The notes beneath the pieces are model-generated. The model did not search any database and was not told the origin of the DNA. It worked only from the letters and a program-made list of their open reading frames with translations. Source: Tubulanus polymorphus (Eukaryota > Animalia > Nemertea). Taken from it: a DNA stretch of 64,000 nucleotides. Where the stretch lies: positions 20,219,910-20,283,909 of the forward strand of contig NC_134031.1 in NCBI RefSeq assembly GCF_964204645.1, in the 5' to 3' direction. Numbering within the stretch: position 1 is the first letter of the stretch; every line of letters starts with the position of its first letter. The position numbers were made by a program, and so were the translations under genes. Positions 61,001 through 64,000 of the stretch are shown here, piece after piece.

Positions 61001-63830
61001 CACGTGTACTTGCTTTCAGTTCGGCGGAGCGCGGTGGTGGAGGTCTTCCGCTCGTCCTGTAATCCGTAAAAACGTCATTCGCACAATTCTCGTCATCGCA
61101 CGAGAATTTCTCCATCGTCTTCGTCGTTTCAGGAGCAGACGGCAACAGATTCGTTTCGCTCATGCTGCGAATCGGTAATTTCGACGTCAGAATTCCGTGC
61201 TTCGTCAAAACGCTGCGATAATGTTTGATCTTTTGACCTTGAAGATGGACGGTCGACTCGGTGGAACGAAGTTGTCGCTCGAGTTGTTCGCGTTGACTTT
61301 TCAACGCCTCGATCTCTCCGCGCATACCACGAGTTTCGCCGGGCGCCGATTCGTCTTCCTGAGACGCGGCGCGTGGATGACTCATTTTCGAAGTGGTGTT
61401 TGTCCGTTTTGAAGCTGCAGCTTTCGAGGCTGTTTCGACATCGCTATTATCGATCACCTTGTCGACGCCCTTTCGCAAAACCGGGATGAAACTTCTATAT
61501 CCCGCGCCCGGAATCGGTGGTTTTCCCGTCGTTTCGCAACTTTCCAACTCTTTAATCCGCGATTGCAACTGGATGAGTTCGTTTTGAAGATCTTTCAAAC
61601 TGGGCGCGTCGCGGGCGTCGGCGTTAGAATCGACGCCGAGTTTCGCGCGTAGAAGTTCGTTCTCAGCGGACGTGCGTTCGAGATTTCGCTGGCACTGTTC
61701 GTATTGGCCGTGCAATGTTGACAGTAAGTCATCTGCTTGTCCCGAACACATGTTACACATCGCCGTCGTGCTGCTGCTACCACTGCTGCCCCCTTCTGGC
61801 TGTTGTTGCAACCGATGTTGCAGACGGTTGTTCTCGTCGCTCATCTTCATTATTTCGTGTTGTAAACTCTGAACGCGCGAGTTCAATGAGGAAATTTCCT
61901 AAAATGGGAGGTTTTATTCTATCATAACTTTTGGCTCCCTTTGAGTCTATGTCTAACTTTCATTCAAGTGTCAAATTTTTCATTGTGTTACAACTTGACT
62001 GAATATTAAACCTCGATAACATAAATTTTTCAGTCTTCAAAACCAAATTGATAGGTTCTAGTCGTTGGCGACTTATCCAAATAAGGGCTTACACTTTGAT
62101 ATAATAAATACACAAAACTCACTGGACTCAAAAATAGTGACAACTTTAGTAATGTGAATAATCCAATCACTAGGTCCAAAAGCGGTCATAAATGTTAAAA
62201 CTATTCTTTAGATTGGCTATAGAACTAAGATGGTCTTAAATCTAAGCTATGACTGCGCCACGAGAAAAAATCCTTAAATCAAGATAATATAAATCACATA
62301 TATGTATCTGTACATAAGAATTATTCCTTCTTTACTATTCCTTAATTCAAATTCTTTTACCTTTTGAGCCGAAGCGTCTTGATCGATGGCAAACAGAGCA
62401 GCTTCCAATTCTTGCTGTAGTTCGTCGTTCAACCGGCGAGAATCTTGTAAATCTCGTCTCAACGAATCCGCGTGAATCGACGACGATGACGCCCCGAAAC
62501 CGTTATCGGCATCGAGACAATTTTCACCGGGTATAACATCTCTTCCGAATTGCGTCTACAAAAATGGAAAATATCGAAATGCTGATTTATTCAATTCTGA
62601 AAATCTCACCACATTCCCTTATGAGTGCATCCAGTTCAGTGAGTCCAAAAACTCAAGTCATAAAAATATGAAAGATACATTTTGGATTATTTTACTGGGG
62701 AATTCCTTGCAAGTGCTTTCCAGTTCGCGCCAAGACTGAACTGAATTCATAATCTTGGCTAGGCAGGAGTATCACGGTAAATCAATAAGCAATCAAATTT
62801 GTGATACTAAGCGACAAAACAGTCGCTACAAAGTTGCATTCAATCTCGCCTATTCAGTCTTAATGAATCGGGGATTAACAAATCAATATCAATTACGAGG
62901 TATTTGTATCGAAGTTAATTCAACCCTGACGTTGCTAGATTTAATAGAGAATTAATTGGCTTAAGTGTAAAGTCAGGTAATCAGTCGTTAACATTCGCAA
63001 CCGCGCAACAAAACCGCGTAGAAATAATGACGTGAAAAGTTTCAGATGAATTCCTCCTTTTCAATGACACAATTATATACCCGGGTAAGCTTAAATATAT
63101 ATAGGGAGGTTGCTTTTTTCCTGACTATTCCCTGACATGCACAATGTTTTCTCTGACTTGATCTTCTTAGAATCCAATCAACTAACGCAGTCTAATACAA
63201 CAGGGCTGAATTTGTCTAAGTACATCGTAAGTCCTCTTATATTCATTCGAAATTGAAAATTCATTGAAAAAAAGAATATCGAATTCATTTCTGATAATAC
63301 GCCAATGAAATAACGATGACGAAGAAAACCACGTGGCCTTCGGACTACGGCGTGTGAGACAATTTTCACCCTTAATTCAAAATTTCACAAAATAAACGAT
63401 TCAACTTACGAAAGCGGCATCGAGTCGTTCGCGCAACGCCAGATTCTCTTCTTCCAGCTTCTTCATGACGACTTTCGCGTGCGCGAGTTCGCGTCGTAGC
63501 TCGGCCGGAGACAATCCCGTTAAGCTCTTACCGATCGTCTTTTCGAGCTGCGGGTCGGCGTACTTCTCGGGCGTCAGATGAATCGACGCGTACGTCGTGA
63601 AGTTCGATAAACCGAGCAGTGGATATTCGGTGTTCGTCGCGCCGGACGATCGCGACGACGCCCCCGAACGCGTAAACTCACGCTCGAGTTTTTCATTTTC
63701 TCCCTTTGTTTCATCGAGTTTTTCCTCCAGTTTTATGCGTAATTTCTCATTGTTTCGCAGACCTTCCTCGTAACGCACGCGTAAATCGTTCAGTTTCGAC
63801 AACTGTTCATCGAACAAATGCTGGTTTTGA
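43055..63830 (-). CDS. CDK5RAP2: CDK5RAP2 / myomegalin (PDE4DIP) / centrosomin-family protein, 3' part; continues beyond the window end. Exons: 63410-63830, 62361-62555, 60485-61898, 60152-60266, 55667-55858, 54970-55183, 52096-53182, 51516-52020, 50896-51008, 50626-50772, 45787-45906, 45530-45714, 44142-44300, 43630-43768, 43055-43149
   Basis: C-terminal CM2 motif RLLLTNKKKEDMEEAIVQRLLKTEIVLKKARENLE. Also YAIGKLDDYELLKKQVGE, LIQLFWTSTLP and repeated L.EI..LR.QLE.SI..N..LR..LE coiled-coil motifs. EB1-type SFIP and SKLP motifs. All 14 introns are GT-AG with matching phases. Confidence 0.9.
46054..46160. mobile_element. Palindromic MITE (GTTTTATAGAC...GTCTATAAAAC); related end at ~10860-10905
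   Basis: ggttttatagaccgg..ctttaaccc ... gggttaaag..ccgtctataaaactgg. Confidence 0.6.
46835..49161 (-). CDS. CDK5RAP2: Large alternative terminal exon of the CDK5RAP2-like gene (~775 aa, Ser/Asp-rich; replaces CM2)
   Basis: Open for 2.3 kb with coding-like composition. Acceptor ctattctcag|TT is phase 1, matching the donor of exon 50626-50772. Ends in a stop at 46835. Confidence 0.7.
47135..47410. repeat. 39-bp coding minisatellite (DHRQSERSLNDRG x ~7)
   Basis: ccgactgacgatgatcaccgcgatcgttcagcgatcgtt at 47161, 47200, 47239, 47278, 47317, 47356, plus partial copies. Confidence 0.95.
51138..51245. mobile_element. Palindromic MITE with CTG TSD inserted into the TIR of another MITE; sibling at ~55298-55400
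   Basis: ctg|ggtccagttccacagttctgagtta...taactcacaactgtggaactgggtc|ctg. Confidence 0.7.
55901..55995. repeat. 28-bp minisatellite, ~3.4 copies
   Basis: tgagaagttttagattccaatagaaaat repeated. Confidence 0.8.
57423..57644. mobile_element. hAT-like MITE (CAGGGCTGCCAAC / GTTGGTAGCTCTG TIRs)
   Basis: Imperfect 13-bp TIRs with internal cagtaac subterminal repeats; no clean TSD. Confidence 0.5.
60046..60138. repeat. 19-bp minisatellite just inside the intron following exon 60152-60266
   Basis: cagtatatcagatatatca x ~5. Confidence 0.9.
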
Positions 63831-64000
63831 CTGAAAATCAAATAAGATGCAGTAGAATCTCAAGTCTAGATTTTATTGAAAAGTCAATTGAAAAAAAATT
63901 TTGAAAAAAAATGAGAAAATTTTATTCGTGAAGTTACCGGTACTAATAGGAAATTAACCACAAACTAGGGTTTTACACTACATTTTTAAAAGTCTCAGAA

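Overview
AT-rich, intron-rich metazoan (invertebrate-type) genomic DNA. It is not prokaryotic and contains no CRISPR or rRNA. I reconstructed four protein genes by hand from GT-AG junctions with consistent phases. (1) The 3' end of a classical dynamin (+, GED and PRD) with three alternative C-terminal exons. (2) A 4-exon, ~1132-aa signal-peptide / plant-type LRR / Cys-rich / multi-TM receptor-like gene (+, 30274-34993). (3) An 8-exon, ~316-aa SNX17/SNX27-type FERM-like protein that appears to lack the PX domain (+, 36994-40118). (4) The 3' part of a CDK5RAP2/myomegalin/centrosomin-family gene (-, from 43055 to beyond the window end) with a CM2 C-terminus and a 2.3-kb alternative last exon. An ~11-kb composite satellite (14696-25756) lies between genes 1 and 2. 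It is built from 76-bp tRNA-like monomers interleaved with 16 copies of a long hairpin whose loop flips orientation, partly arranged as a 490-bp higher-order repeat. Three retro-insertions interrupt it: a 1.34-kb element with a 15-bp TSD, a Penelope-type inverted pair of minimal hammerhead ribozymes, and an L2/CR1 RT 3' fragment. Many short MITEs and minisatellites are dispersed across the window.
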